In this document: in pieces, positions 7,950 to 17,091 of the stretch
How positions within the stretch are numbered: position 1 is the first letter of the stretch
How the letters are laid out: every line of letters starts with the position of its first letter
From: a virus
Taxonomy: Duplodnaviria; Caudoviricetes
Strand: one strand, 5' to 3'
Virus record (IMG/VR): IMGVR_UViG_3300044724_007490
Span: 1 to 34,935 of that record
Length of the DNA stretch: 34,935 bases
The notes under the pieces: model-generated
What the model was told of the DNA's origin: nothing
Databases searched by the model: none
What the model saw: only the letters and a program-made list of their open reading frames with translations
Made by a program: the position numbers and the translations under genes

Positions 7950-9340
7950 TGGCAATTGACTTACAAAAACTTACTTTGCGTAGATTATTAGATACGCAAA
8001 GTAATGATCTATACTCCAAATTACTTGGTCAATATTTTACTGGTATTAACTCAGTAGTATATGACAAAGTAAAATCATTTTATAAAGCTAATACAAGACT
8101 TCCCTCAACGGATGAGATACTTGCTTTACGCAAAGATATTGGTTTACAAGAGTATATTGAAAATCAAATATGTGACGAAGAAAACGTTAATGATTTGATT
8201 CAAGATGAGTTTTTAATAGCACAATTACAAGATTTTTATATTCGTGATGAAACTATAGATTTTATGGATAAATTTGTAGATCAACTTGAAGATTTAGAAA
8301 AAGTAGAAATAGTTGATAAATTTCAAAATCACTTACTTAAATTAAATCAAGCTATACCACATGATGATGAACTTTATGATATAGCTGAATTAGACTTTTT
8401 CCCAAGCGAAGAAGATTTCAAGATATATCCTTCTGGGCTATCTTCAGAATTTGATGCTATAAATGGTGGTTTTGCCACACAAGAACTAGTAATGTTAGGC
8501 GGTAGACGTGGGTCTGGTAAGTCTATTATTTCATTAAACTTAGCACTGAACCGTTTTTTACAAGGCAACACAGTAGCGTTTTTTACTATTGAGATGAGGT
8601 ATAAAGAAGTTTATGATAGAGTGTTATCAATTATATCTGGTGTTCCGTTTTTAGATATATTTAGAAATCAGTTATCTGATACACAAAAGATTACTATGGC
8701 TAAAGCTAAATTTAAAAACTTCTACAAATCTTCTGACAAAATTGAAGGACTAATAAAAGAACTTGAATATACTAAAGATTTTAAAAACTTTGAAAAGCGT
8801 GTAAAAATAGAGCAACCTGAATTAAAAGATCATAGACTTTTTATGATAGACGATGAGTCTTTAACCCTTAATAGGATTGATCATTATTGTAATATGTTCT
8901 CTTCTAAATATCCAAATTTTAATATGTCTGTTGTTGATTATGTAAATATTATTAAACATGAAAATCAAAAAGATTGGCAAACTCAAATAACTATCGCAGA
9001 CAATTTAAAATCGCTTTCTAGAAAATATGATTTAACTATGATAACTCCTTATCAAATCGATGCTACAGGCGAAGCAAGATTTGCAAAAGGACTTCTTGAT
9101 TCTGCTGATCGTAGTTTTAACTTCTTCCCTCCTGCTGAAGGAGAAGATAGAGAGCTAGAAAGTAAAATATCTATTCATACAACTAAAATGAGAAACGGTA
9201 AACACATGAGCTTTGATGTAATGATGGATTGGAGCTGTGTAAAAATTGACCCTAATCGATCAGCAACAATAAACGAAAAACCTCATAATGCTGTGAAATT
9301 TGGCACTAGTAAGCAAGAAACTGCAAAGGATCTATCATAA
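7949..9340 (+). CDS. Replicative DnaB-like (SF4) helicase, T5 D6-like
   Basis: Walker A 'GGRRGSGKS', 'FFTIEM', Walker B 'VVDYVN', 'PYQID' and arginine finger 'KMRNG'. Confidence 0.92.
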   Translation: MAIDLQKLTLRRLLDTQSNDLYSKLLGQYFTGINSVVYDKVKSFYKANTRLPSTDEILALRKDIGLQEYIENQICDEENVNDLIQDEFLIAQLQDFYIRDETIDFMDKFVDQLEDLEKVEIVDKFQNHLLKLNQAIPHDDELYDIAELDFFPSEEDFKIYPSGLSSEFDAINGGFATQELVMLGGRRGSGKSIISLNLALNRFLQGNTVAFFTIEMRYKEVYDRVLSIISGVPFLDIFRNQLSDTQKITMAKAKFKNFYKSSDKIEGLIKELEYTKDFKNFEKRVKIEQPELKDHRLFMIDDESLTLNRIDHYCNMFSSKYPNFNMSVVDYVNIIKHENQKDWQTQITIADNLKSLSRKYDLTMITPYQIDATGEARFAKGLLDSADRSFNFFPPAEGEDRELESKISIHTTKMRNGKHMSFDVMMDWSCVKIDPNRSATINEKPHNAVKFGTSKQETAKDLS

Positions 9341-10197
9341 TGGAGTTAGTAGAGCTTCTTAATCATAGAGGAATCGAATATGCAAAAACTAATAATCCTT
9401 CAGAAATACTAATATCCTGTACAAGCGGAGAGCATACTGATAAGTCTCCAAGTCTTTCTTATAATCTTGAAAAAAATATATTTCATTGTTGGAGTTGTGG
9501 TTTTAGCGGTGGTATTACTAAGTTTATGACTTCTATAGGAGAGACAACAAGACTTGACGTAGATAGTAAGCAGCCGTATAAAATTAAGAAGCTAAAAGAC
9601 AAGATAAGAAATATTATTGAAGTAGATGAGATTAAACTACCCACAGAAAGACACCTTTATAGTGGAGAATTTAAGTCAATCGAGGGAAAAACACTAAAAG
9701 AATTTAATGCATTTACAACTTCCCAGTTTGGTTTAGAAGATTATATTTGCTTTCCTGTTCATCAATTTGGTAAACTAAAATTTATTGAAGGTAGATTGAT
9801 GAAATCTATAGCTGGAAAGCCAAAATACTATAGGCGACCACAAAAAGCTACAGTAAATGATATACTATTTCCTTTAGATAGAGTAAATAATACAAATTAC
9901 GTAATACTAGTTGAAGGTATATTTGATATGCTTAATATGTGGCAACTAGGATATAAAAATACCCTTTGCATATTTGGTGCTACTAATTTTGGTAGAAAAA
10001 AGTTAGAAATACTAGATAGAATCGGTGTTACAAGAGTTGACGTACTTATGGATCCAGATGCAGCAGGTCAAATGGCTGCTGTTAAAATAATGACAGCTCT
10101 TGATTCAAAAAATATTTCGTCAAGAAATGTAAAGTTACCAGTAGGCGTTGATCCTGGAGATTTAAACAAAAGACAAGCGGAGAGTTTTCTTAAATGA
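9340..10197 (+). CDS. DNA primase (Zn finger + TOPRIM)
   Basis: 'SCTSGEHTDKSPS...FHCWSCG' zinc finger, TOPRIM 'LVEGIFD' and 'MDPDAAG', and 'DPG'. Confidence 0.92.
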   Translation: MELVELLNHRGIEYAKTNNPSEILISCTSGEHTDKSPSLSYNLEKNIFHCWSCGFSGGITKFMTSIGETTRLDVDSKQPYKIKKLKDKIRNIIEVDEIKLPTERHLYSGEFKSIEGKTLKEFNAFTTSQFGLEDYICFPVHQFGKLKFIEGRLMKSIAGKPKYYRRPQKATVNDILFPLDRVNNTNYVILVEGIFDMLNMWQLGYKNTLCIFGATNFGRKKLEILDRIGVTRVDVLMDPDAAGQMAAVKIMTALDSKNISSRNVKLPVGVDPGDLNKRQAESFLK

Positions 10198-10343
10198 TAA
10201 AAGTAAATAAGTGTGAAGAACAAGAAGATGGTTCTGCTATTCTTGAACTGGATTTAGATGAAGAAACTAGAAACAAACTATTAGCGTATGCTATTGTAGA
10301 TTTACTTAAAAAAATGATTGAAAGGGAAGAAAATAGTGAGTGA
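10194..10343 (+). CDS. Small hypothetical protein (49 aa), absent from the ORF track
   Basis: MIKVNKCEEQEDGSAILELDLDEETRNKLLAYAIVDLLKKMIEREENSE*. It has an ATGA overlap with the primase stop, and its own stop overlaps the likely polymerase GTG. Confidence 0.7.
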   Translation: MIKVNKCEEQEDGSAILELDLDEETRNKLLAYAIVDLLKKMIEREENSE

Positions 10344-12591
10344 TGTATGTTTTGTATTCGCTAGCGGAGCAGAAAAAGAACCACAAAAAATAATTAATAA
10401 GTATTTAAAAGACACTGAGTATGATGTAAAATACTTACATTCAGGAAGTAAAGAAAAGATACTTAAAAAAGATATTGATTTAGACTTTGACGATCTTGAA
10501 GACTTTAAGATACTGGCTCTTATGGGGGCAGAACCTTTAAAGTATATTGCAGGCATGACAGGTGTTCAAAAATATAATGGTATGTTTATTGAGAAAAAAT
10601 ATTTACCAATTATGAACCCTAATATTGTTGTATTTAAGCCACAACTTGAAGACGATATTATTAGAGCTTTTAATCAAATACCAAAACTACTTAGTGGCGA
10701 AGATATTGGTAAGCAACAAGACAAAGACTATTGTTTTATAGAAACTGAAGAACAGTTCAATCAGTATAAAGAGGAAATGTTTGATGCTAAAACTCTTGTA
10801 GTAGACATAGAAACAACTTCAGTATCTCCTCATACAGGTACAATTTTAGGTATAGCTATATCTACTAGACCTCATCAAGGTTTATATGTATCTATTGATA
10901 TAGTAAATAAACATAAACAGTGGTTTCATGATCTGTTTTATGAGAGAAATTGTATATTCCATAATTCAAAGTTTGATACAAACTATATGGAAACTGAGTT
11001 AGGATTTGAATTTCCAGAATATGAAGACACTATGCTTCTTCACTATTGTTTAGAAGAAGCGGTTGGTACACACGGTCTTAAACCTCTTGCTCTACGCTTT
11101 ACAGATCTTGGAGATTATGAACGTGAATTAGATGATTATAAAAAGTCTTGGGCACGTAAAAATAAAGTTAAACTTGCAGACTTTAACTACGGAATGCTAC
11201 CAAGTGATATTCTTGCTCCTTATGCTTGTAAAGATGCCGACGCTACGTTTCAACTCTACGGAAAATTCAAACCTTTAGTAGATAATAGTGAAGAGTTTTC
11301 AAAACTTTATAAAGAGATACTTTTACCCGCAACTCATGCAATGAAGCAACTTGAAAAGAATGGTGGACCTATCGATATTGATCAAGTTAATTGGCTTTCA
11401 GAACAGTATCAAATTGACGTAGAAGAATGTTTAGAAGAGATAAACAATCACGAAGCTGTACAACGTTTTGAGCGTATTTATGAAAAAACCTTTAATCCTA
11501 ATTCTACAGCACAGCTAAGAGATTTATTCTTTTCAATAATAGGTCTTAAACCTACTAAAAAGACAGATACAGGTGCATATTCTGTAGACAAAGAAGTATT
11601 ACAGAATCTAAACCACCCTCTTTCTGAAGCTGTCTTAGAATTAAGAGAAAAAACTAAAATGGCTGGAACTTATATTTCCAACATTAGAAATGGAGTAGAT
11701 CGAGATGGAAGACTTCGTAGCGGTTTTAATGTTCATGGTACCACTTCTGGTCGTCTTAGCAGTAGTGGTAATCTTAATTATCAAAATATTCCAAGAGACA
11801 ACAAAGACATAAAAAAGCTATTTAAGGCAAGACCAGGATATAAAATCATACAATGTGACCTCGGAACTGCAGAGGTGTATTATGCAGCTATGTTAAGTGG
11901 AGACCAGTTTCTACAAAAAGCTTTTATCGATAAGTTAGACTTTCACTCTTATGTAGCAAAACAAATGTTTAATCTTCCTGTAGAAGTTAGTGAGGTAAAA
12001 AAGCAATATGCTGCTCAACGTCAATACGCAAAAGCTATTACCTTTGGTATTATGTATCAAGCAGGCCCGGCTAAAATTGCTGAAACTGTAAATAAAGATG
12101 CAAAACCAGGTGAAGAAATAAGTTCTGCTCAGTCGAAGCAGTTTATTCAAAAGTATTTTAACGAAGCAAGATCACTTAAAAAGTTTATTGAGGCATCTAA
12201 TCAACAGATAGAAAACTATGCATACATATACTCATTCTTTGGTAGAAAGCGTAGGCTGCCAGAAGCAAAATCACCTAATCGTGGAGTGTCACAACACGCA
12301 ATTAGATCTGGAGTTAACTTTTTAGTGCAGTCTGTTGCTTCTGATATTAATATTCTTGGAGTAGTTGACCTTATTAAGTGGATTGCTGATAAAGGTTATC
12401 AAAAAGATATTCTTCCTTTTACTGTCGTCCATGACTCAATTGTTTCCGAGGTTAGAGAAGATCTAGTTGATGAATATATCGAGAATGCACGTGAGTGTAT
12501 TCAAAGAGATCGTGGTTTATCTATCCCTGGTTGCCCGATAAAGGTTGATTTTGAAGTTGGCCCAAGTTGGGGGGACTTAACAGAATTATGA
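10336..12591 (+). CDS. polA: Family A DNA polymerase (T5-type: N-terminal UDG-like domain, 3'-5' exonuclease, polymerase)
   Basis: ExoI 'VDIETT', ExoII 'HNSKFD', ExoIII 'YACKDAD', 'TTSGRLSS', motif A 'DLGTAE', motif B 'RQYAKAITFGIMY' (Phe at the 762-equivalent position) and motif C 'VHDS'. A GTG start at 10336 after an AGGGAAG SD is preferred. Confidence 0.96.
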   Translation: MSDVCFVFASGAEKEPQKIINKYLKDTEYDVKYLHSGSKEKILKKDIDLDFDDLEDFKILALMGAEPLKYIAGMTGVQKYNGMFIEKKYLPIMNPNIVVFKPQLEDDIIRAFNQIPKLLSGEDIGKQQDKDYCFIETEEQFNQYKEEMFDAKTLVVDIETTSVSPHTGTILGIAISTRPHQGLYVSIDIVNKHKQWFHDLFYERNCIFHNSKFDTNYMETELGFEFPEYEDTMLLHYCLEEAVGTHGLKPLALRFTDLGDYERELDDYKKSWARKNKVKLADFNYGMLPSDILAPYACKDADATFQLYGKFKPLVDNSEEFSKLYKEILLPATHAMKQLEKNGGPIDIDQVNWLSEQYQIDVEECLEEINNHEAVQRFERIYEKTFNPNSTAQLRDLFFSIIGLKPTKKTDTGAYSVDKEVLQNLNHPLSEAVLELREKTKMAGTYISNIRNGVDRDGRLRSGFNVHGTTSGRLSSSGNLNYQNIPRDNKDIKKLFKARPGYKIIQCDLGTAEVYYAAMLSGDQFLQKAFIDKLDFHSYVAKQMFNLPVEVSEVKKQYAAQRQYAKAITFGIMYQAGPAKIAETVNKDAKPGEEISSAQSKQFIQKYFNEARSLKKFIEASNQQIENYAYIYSFFGRKRRLPEAKSPNRGVSQHAIRSGVNFLVQSVASDINILGVVDLIKWIADKGYQKDILPFTVVHDSIVSEVREDLVDEYIENARECIQRDRGLSIPGCPIKVDFEVGPSWGDLTEL

Positions 12592-12734
12592 GATGGTATG
12601 ATTACATAGTTTGTTTATTTACTGCATATTCTATGACTTTAGCTTTTATAACTACAGATTTACTGTATTTAATTATTACATATTTTAGCTTTTCTTTTTA
12701 TGCGGGATATAGAAGAGAAGCTAATGAAATATAA
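12588..12734 (+). CDS. Small hydrophobic (membrane) protein (48 aa), absent from the ORF track
   Basis: MRWYDYIVCLFTAYSMTLAFITTDLLYLIITYFSFSFYAGYRREANEI*. It has an ATGA overlap with the pol stop and fills the gap to the next gene. Confidence 0.6.
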   Translation: MRWYDYIVCLFTAYSMTLAFITTDLLYLIITYFSFSFYAGYRREANEI

Positions 12735-12897
12735 TCCCAAATTTAAACTTAATCCTGATGATATAGATTTGATTGAAAAGTCGTTAAGGGTTATGATGCA
12801 ATACGGTAATAAAGAAGAGTGTAGAGAGCTTCTTGCTAAAATACACCATCAGAAAATATGGTATAGACCAAAAGGTGAAATATACGTAAGTGGCTAA
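12724..12897 (+). CDS. Small hypothetical phage protein (57 aa)
   Basis: MKYNPKFKLNPDDIDLIE...KIHHQKIWYRPK..YVSG. The ATG at 12724 follows a GAGAAG SD and overlaps the upstream ORF end. Confidence 0.65.
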   Translation: MKYNPKFKLNPDDIDLIEKSLRVMMQYGNKEECRELLAKIHHQKIWYRPKGEIYVSG

Positions 12898-13381
12898 ATA
12901 TGCTAAAGTTCAATTTCCCTTTTTTGGTCTTAATAAGAAACCACACTTAATAAAGTATGATTTACAAAAGATTTCAATACAACGTAATTATCGTAGTCAC
13001 TTAGAAACTGTAGATGATAAATCCTTAAAGGGTGACTATTTTGCCCGTCTCGCAAGCCTTGAACATCGTGTCCATTTTGATGTAACTTGTAAAAACATTC
13101 AAGAACTAGTATACGCAGGACCAAAATGGGGTATGGATTTTCAAGCTCAACCATATGATCTTTCTCGTCAAGAAGTTGTAGCTGCCTATAACAATAAAGT
13201 AGTAAAAGTAAGAAATAATAATGTATGGATAAAAGATGTATCTTATCCTTTTACTATACCTACTAATGAGACTTTAGTAATTACTGAAGATATTTATGCC
13301 ACACTCGTAAAAATTGGTTATGAGTGGTATTTGAAAGAGTTTATGTTTGAACCAAAAGATATAACATACATGATGATATGA
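12890..13381 (+). CDS. Hypothetical protein at the T5 position between pol and D10
   Basis: 163-aa ORF coupled to both neighbours. Synteny matches T5-like phages. Confidence 0.7.
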   Translation: MAKYAKVQFPFFGLNKKPHLIKYDLQKISIQRNYRSHLETVDDKSLKGDYFARLASLEHRVHFDVTCKNIQELVYAGPKWGMDFQAQPYDLSRQEVVAAYNNKVVKVRNNNVWIKDVSYPFTIPTNETLVITEDIYATLVKIGYEWYLKEFMFEPKDITYMMI

Positions 13382-14664
13382 AAAAAGCAAAAGTTAAAAA
13401 GATAGTAATATCTGATAAAATATATATCTATAAAGAAGGGGTAGAAGATGCAGATAAACTTATACAACTATATACCTACGACAATGGAGATGATTTTTTA
13501 TCCACCATCTCAGAAGACGAAGAACACTATATCGTACCGTCAAATTCTTACCACAAACTTGAATGGGAAGAAATCGAAGACCAAAGGAACTTTCAGCAAA
13601 CTGACTCAGATTTAAATTTTATAGGTGAATTAAGGTGGGAACAATCAGAAGTAGTAGATAAGTTCTTTTCTCGTGGGAGAGCACGATCTGGGATACTTCA
13701 GGCACCTTGTGGTTGGGGTAAAACGTTTACAGGTTGTGAAATTATATCTCGTAATAAAACTAAAACGCTAGTGTTAGTTCATACAAAACTACTATTTAGG
13801 CAGTGGATTGAGGAGCTTGAGCGGCAGATTCCAGGAGTCAAGATAGGTAGAATAGGTGATAGCTTGTTTGATATACAAGATATCACTGTTGGTATCTATA
13901 AATCAGTCTATAATCGTAGAGACGAACTTTCAGAAAAGTTTTCTATGATTCTTGTAGATGAAGCACATTTATGTCCTGCAGAAATGTTTTCAACCGCGCT
14001 TAATTCTATAAATGCAAAAATTAAAATAGGAATTAGCGCTACTCCTCGTAGAAAAGATGGAAAGCATGTTTTCTTAGCAGATTATTTTTCTCCTTTTATG
14101 GTAGAGGCGCGTGACCCTCGGCAACTACAAGATCCTGTTGTATTAGTTAAGCGCACAGATTTTAGGTTTCCTGTCATAGATCCAAAACGAGACTGGTCGC
14201 GCCAGCTTAACAAACTTTGCAGTAATCAAAAGTACTTGGAAGCTATCGCTAATTTTGCAAAAAGCCAAATAGTCACCGGTCGTTGTCCTCTTATACTCGG
14301 AGAACGAGTGCAAATGTTAAAAGACTTACAAACACTCATACCAGAAAGTGTATGCTTAATAGGAGAATCAGATGAATCAACTAGAGAAGACGTTCTTCAA
14401 AATGTTGGAGGAAAATACAAGTGTGTTCTCTCAACCAGGCTCTTTGATGAGGGTATATCTTGTCATAGGTTGGATACTCTTTACCTTACTTGCCCTTCTA
14501 ATAACCCTATTAAATTAGAACAACGTATAGGTAGAATTATCAGAGAACATGAAGACAAGCAAGTACCTATGATCGTAGACTGGTGGTTATCAGGAGGAAT
14601 AGTTGCTCGTCAACAAAAAAGTAGACTTGAATGGTTTAAGAAACGTGGATATTACATACTCTAG
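13378..14664 (+). CDS. SF2 DEAH helicase, T5 D10-like (UvsW/XPB-type)
   Basis: Walker A 'APCGWGKT', 'LVDEAH', 'SATP.R.DG' and motif VI 'QRIGRI.R'. Confidence 0.92.
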   Translation: MKKAKVKKIVISDKIYIYKEGVEDADKLIQLYTYDNGDDFLSTISEDEEHYIVPSNSYHKLEWEEIEDQRNFQQTDSDLNFIGELRWEQSEVVDKFFSRGRARSGILQAPCGWGKTFTGCEIISRNKTKTLVLVHTKLLFRQWIEELERQIPGVKIGRIGDSLFDIQDITVGIYKSVYNRRDELSEKFSMILVDEAHLCPAEMFSTALNSINAKIKIGISATPRRKDGKHVFLADYFSPFMVEARDPRQLQDPVVLVKRTDFRFPVIDPKRDWSRQLNKLCSNQKYLEAIANFAKSQIVTGRCPLILGERVQMLKDLQTLIPESVCLIGESDESTREDVLQNVGGKYKCVLSTRLFDEGISCHRLDTLYLTCPSNNPIKLEQRIGRIIREHEDKQVPMIVDWWLSGGIVARQQKSRLEWFKKRGYYIL

Positions 14665-15163
14665 TAAGTATACAAGGCTAAGTTCAGAGGAAGTTGAGAG
14701 CTTATACCAATTTATAAAATTAACTTCTGGAGACGCACTAGAGTTAGGCAGATTGTATGGAGGATCTACAAAAATTATACTACAGGGATTAGGTAAAAAT
14801 CAAACTTTAACAAGTGTTGATCTTTATAATAAACCTTTAAAAGCTTTTAGTAGACATGAAGAATATTTATTAGATAAACTATTTATTATAACAGGAGACT
14901 CTAATACAATAAAATTAGGTAAAAAGTTTGAGACAGTTTTTATCGACACTAATCACTCTTATCAAAATTTGTCTTTAGACTTAAAAAACTGCTGGAAGCA
15001 TGTTGATAAATATTTCTTATTTCATGATTATAGAAAACCTACATATGAAGCTGAAGGTGTTAAAAAAGTAGTTGACTACTTAATTAATAGTAAAAAGCTA
15101 AAACTTATTAGTCTAACACAAACACTTATAATAACAGAGAAAAATGCAGAAAACTTATTTTAA
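14645..15163 (+). CDS. Class I SAM methyltransferase (Methyltransf_24-like)
   Basis: 'ALELGRLYGGST', 'SVD', 'GDS', 'VFIDTNHSY' and 'FHDY'. The GTG at 14645 is the probable start. Confidence 0.75.
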   Translation: MDITYSSKYTRLSSEEVESLYQFIKLTSGDALELGRLYGGSTKIILQGLGKNQTLTSVDLYNKPLKAFSRHEEYLLDKLFIITGDSNTIKLGKKFETVFIDTNHSYQNLSLDLKNCWKHVDKYFLFHDYRKPTYEAEGVKKVVDYLINSKKLKLISLTQTLIITEKNAENLF

Positions 15164-15590
15164 TCTTAGCGAAATACGAAAAAAAGCAAGACAAGATCAG
15201 GCTGCTATATTAATCTTGACACTTGCTCAAACAAAATTGTATAATCCTTATACAACTACAGGTTTAATGAAGTCTCTTAAAATCAATCATGTTCCACCTT
15301 TTTTATTAATAAACGGAACACTTGAGCAAAGAAGAACATTAAAATGTAACTACAAGACACGAGAGCCAATGAGTTATTTTAAAAATCCCTGGTTCTTAAC
15401 TCAAAATGTTAGTACAAAAGATAAAATTGATTATTTACAACTGCTTTCTATGAGAAGGATTAGTGAAGACGTAGACTACATACCGCAAGACTATGTTGCA
15501 GCTCAAATCACTAATCCGTTTATAGAATGTAAAGATGATAAAATATATTTTACACAAGAGTCCTCGGTTTCGAGGAAATCCTACACTTAA
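15144..15590 (+). CDS. Hypothetical protein at the T5 position between D10 and D11
   Basis: 148-aa ORF immediately upstream of the D11-like gene. Confidence 0.65.
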   Translation: MQKTYFNLSEIRKKARQDQAAILILTLAQTKLYNPYTTTGLMKSLKINHVPPFLLINGTLEQRRTLKCNYKTREPMSYFKNPWFLTQNVSTKDKIDYLQLLSMRRISEDVDYIPQDYVAAQITNPFIECKDDKIYFTQESSVSRKSYT

Positions 15591-15619
15591 GAACCAACGT
15601 TCAACAAAGGAGAAACACT

Positions 15620-16282
15620 ATGGTCTCATGGGATCAAGCCAAAGGTAAACAAGCCTCTGGAAACGGGAACAAACTAAGAGAAATTGAAAGACTATCTTTA
15701 GGTATCGGAGATACAAAAGTAAGATTGGTCGGAGAAGTTATGCCTAGATATTGTTATTGGGTAGTAACTACAGAAGGCAAAAAAATGCCTGTTGAGTGTC
15801 TACAATTTAACAGACAAACTGAATCATTTGATAATTCAGCACAAGACCCGTTCAAAGAAATTGATGAAGCAATTTTTGCGGATAAACCTCAATTCTCATA
15901 CGTATGTAATGTAATAGATAGAGCTGATGGAAAAATAAAACTATTTGATCTACGTTCAACAATATACTCTCAAATTGTAGATTATGCTACAAATCCTGAT
16001 TATGGTAACCCTGCAGGAGATGATGACGGTTATGACATTACTATTAAAAAAGAAAAGACAGGACCTCTTCCACAAAACGTAAAATATTCTTGCCTTCCTG
16101 CACGCAATAATTCACCTCTAAAAGATGACGAAAAAGCTCTAGAACTTTACGATCTAAGCAAAATCTATAAGCGTCAAACATATGAAGAGCAAAAAGAGTG
16201 GTTAATGAAAAACACATCTTACTTTGCTGGAGATGTCTCTGATGAGTTCAAACCAGCAGAAGATGTGGATGATTTGGCATGA
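15620..16282 (+). CDS. T5 D11-like ssDNA-binding / recombination protein
   Basis: 'KVRLVG...RYCYWV...PVECL', 'GYDITIKKEKTGPLPQNVKY' and an acidic tail 'EDVDDLA'. It has a strong AAGGAG SD. Confidence 0.8.
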   Translation: MVSWDQAKGKQASGNGNKLREIERLSLGIGDTKVRLVGEVMPRYCYWVVTTEGKKMPVECLQFNRQTESFDNSAQDPFKEIDEAIFADKPQFSYVCNVIDRADGKIKLFDLRSTIYSQIVDYATNPDYGNPAGDDDGYDITIKKEKTGPLPQNVKYSCLPARNNSPLKDDEKALELYDLSKIYKRQTYEEQKEWLMKNTSYFAGDVSDEFKPAEDVDDLA

Positions 16283-17091
16283 AGAAAACTCTCTCAGAAC
16301 TAGCATCTGCAAACTCAGAAACTAAAACTTCTGAAAATAAGTTTGGTGCGTTTAAATCAGTAGAGGGAGACAAAGCAGTCATTGATCTTAATGAGTTAAG
16401 AAAGCATAACGTATTTTTTGCAACGCCGTGTTATGGTGGAGTACTTACTGATCAATACTTTTTAAGCATGTTTAGAATGTCACAAGCATTTATGCAGCAT
16501 GGAATCAACTTTAGGATTACAACGCTACGTAATGAGTCTCTCATAACTCGTGCTAGAAATATACTAACAGCTATGTTTTTAGAAAGTGAGTGTACACATT
16601 TAATGTTTATTGATGCTGATATCGAGTTTCAAGCAGAAGATGTAATGAGAGCACTTGCATATGATAAAGATATCATGGCTGCTGCTTACCCTAAAAAAGC
16701 ACTCCCAATACAGTACGCTATAAACTTTAAGTTTCTTAATCCAGACACTAAACAAATTCGTGTTGAAAATGGAGCAATTGAAGTTCTTGATGCATCAACA
16801 GGTTTCTTTTTAATTAAAAGAAAAGTAATCGAAAAAATGATGCAAGCACATCCAGATCTTCATTATCGTAATGATTCTAATATAGATCCAAAGTTTAATA
16901 AATACTGTTATGCATTATTTGATACTATTTTAGATCCTGATGATAATCGTTATCTTTCAGAAGACTATACTTTCTGTAGAAGATGGCAAAAACTTGGGGG
17001 AGAAATATGGTTAGATCCTAATACTAAACTTAACCACGTTGGAGCATACACCTTTGAAGGTGATGTTTCTAAAATAATAAATCGTGGTTAA
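16279..17091 (+). CDS. GT-A fold glycosyltransferase-like protein
   Basis: 'FFATPCYGG', 'ESLITRARN', DxD 'FIDADI', 'TGFFLIKR', 'LSEDYTFCRRW' and 'LNHVG'. Confidence 0.75.
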   Translation: MKKTLSELASANSETKTSENKFGAFKSVEGDKAVIDLNELRKHNVFFATPCYGGVLTDQYFLSMFRMSQAFMQHGINFRITTLRNESLITRARNILTAMFLESECTHLMFIDADIEFQAEDVMRALAYDKDIMAAAYPKKALPIQYAINFKFLNPDTKQIRVENGAIEVLDASTGFFLIKRKVIEKMMQAHPDLHYRNDSNIDPKFNKYCYALFDTILDPDDNRYLSEDYTFCRRWQKLGGEIWLDPNTKLNHVGAYTFEGDVSKIINRG

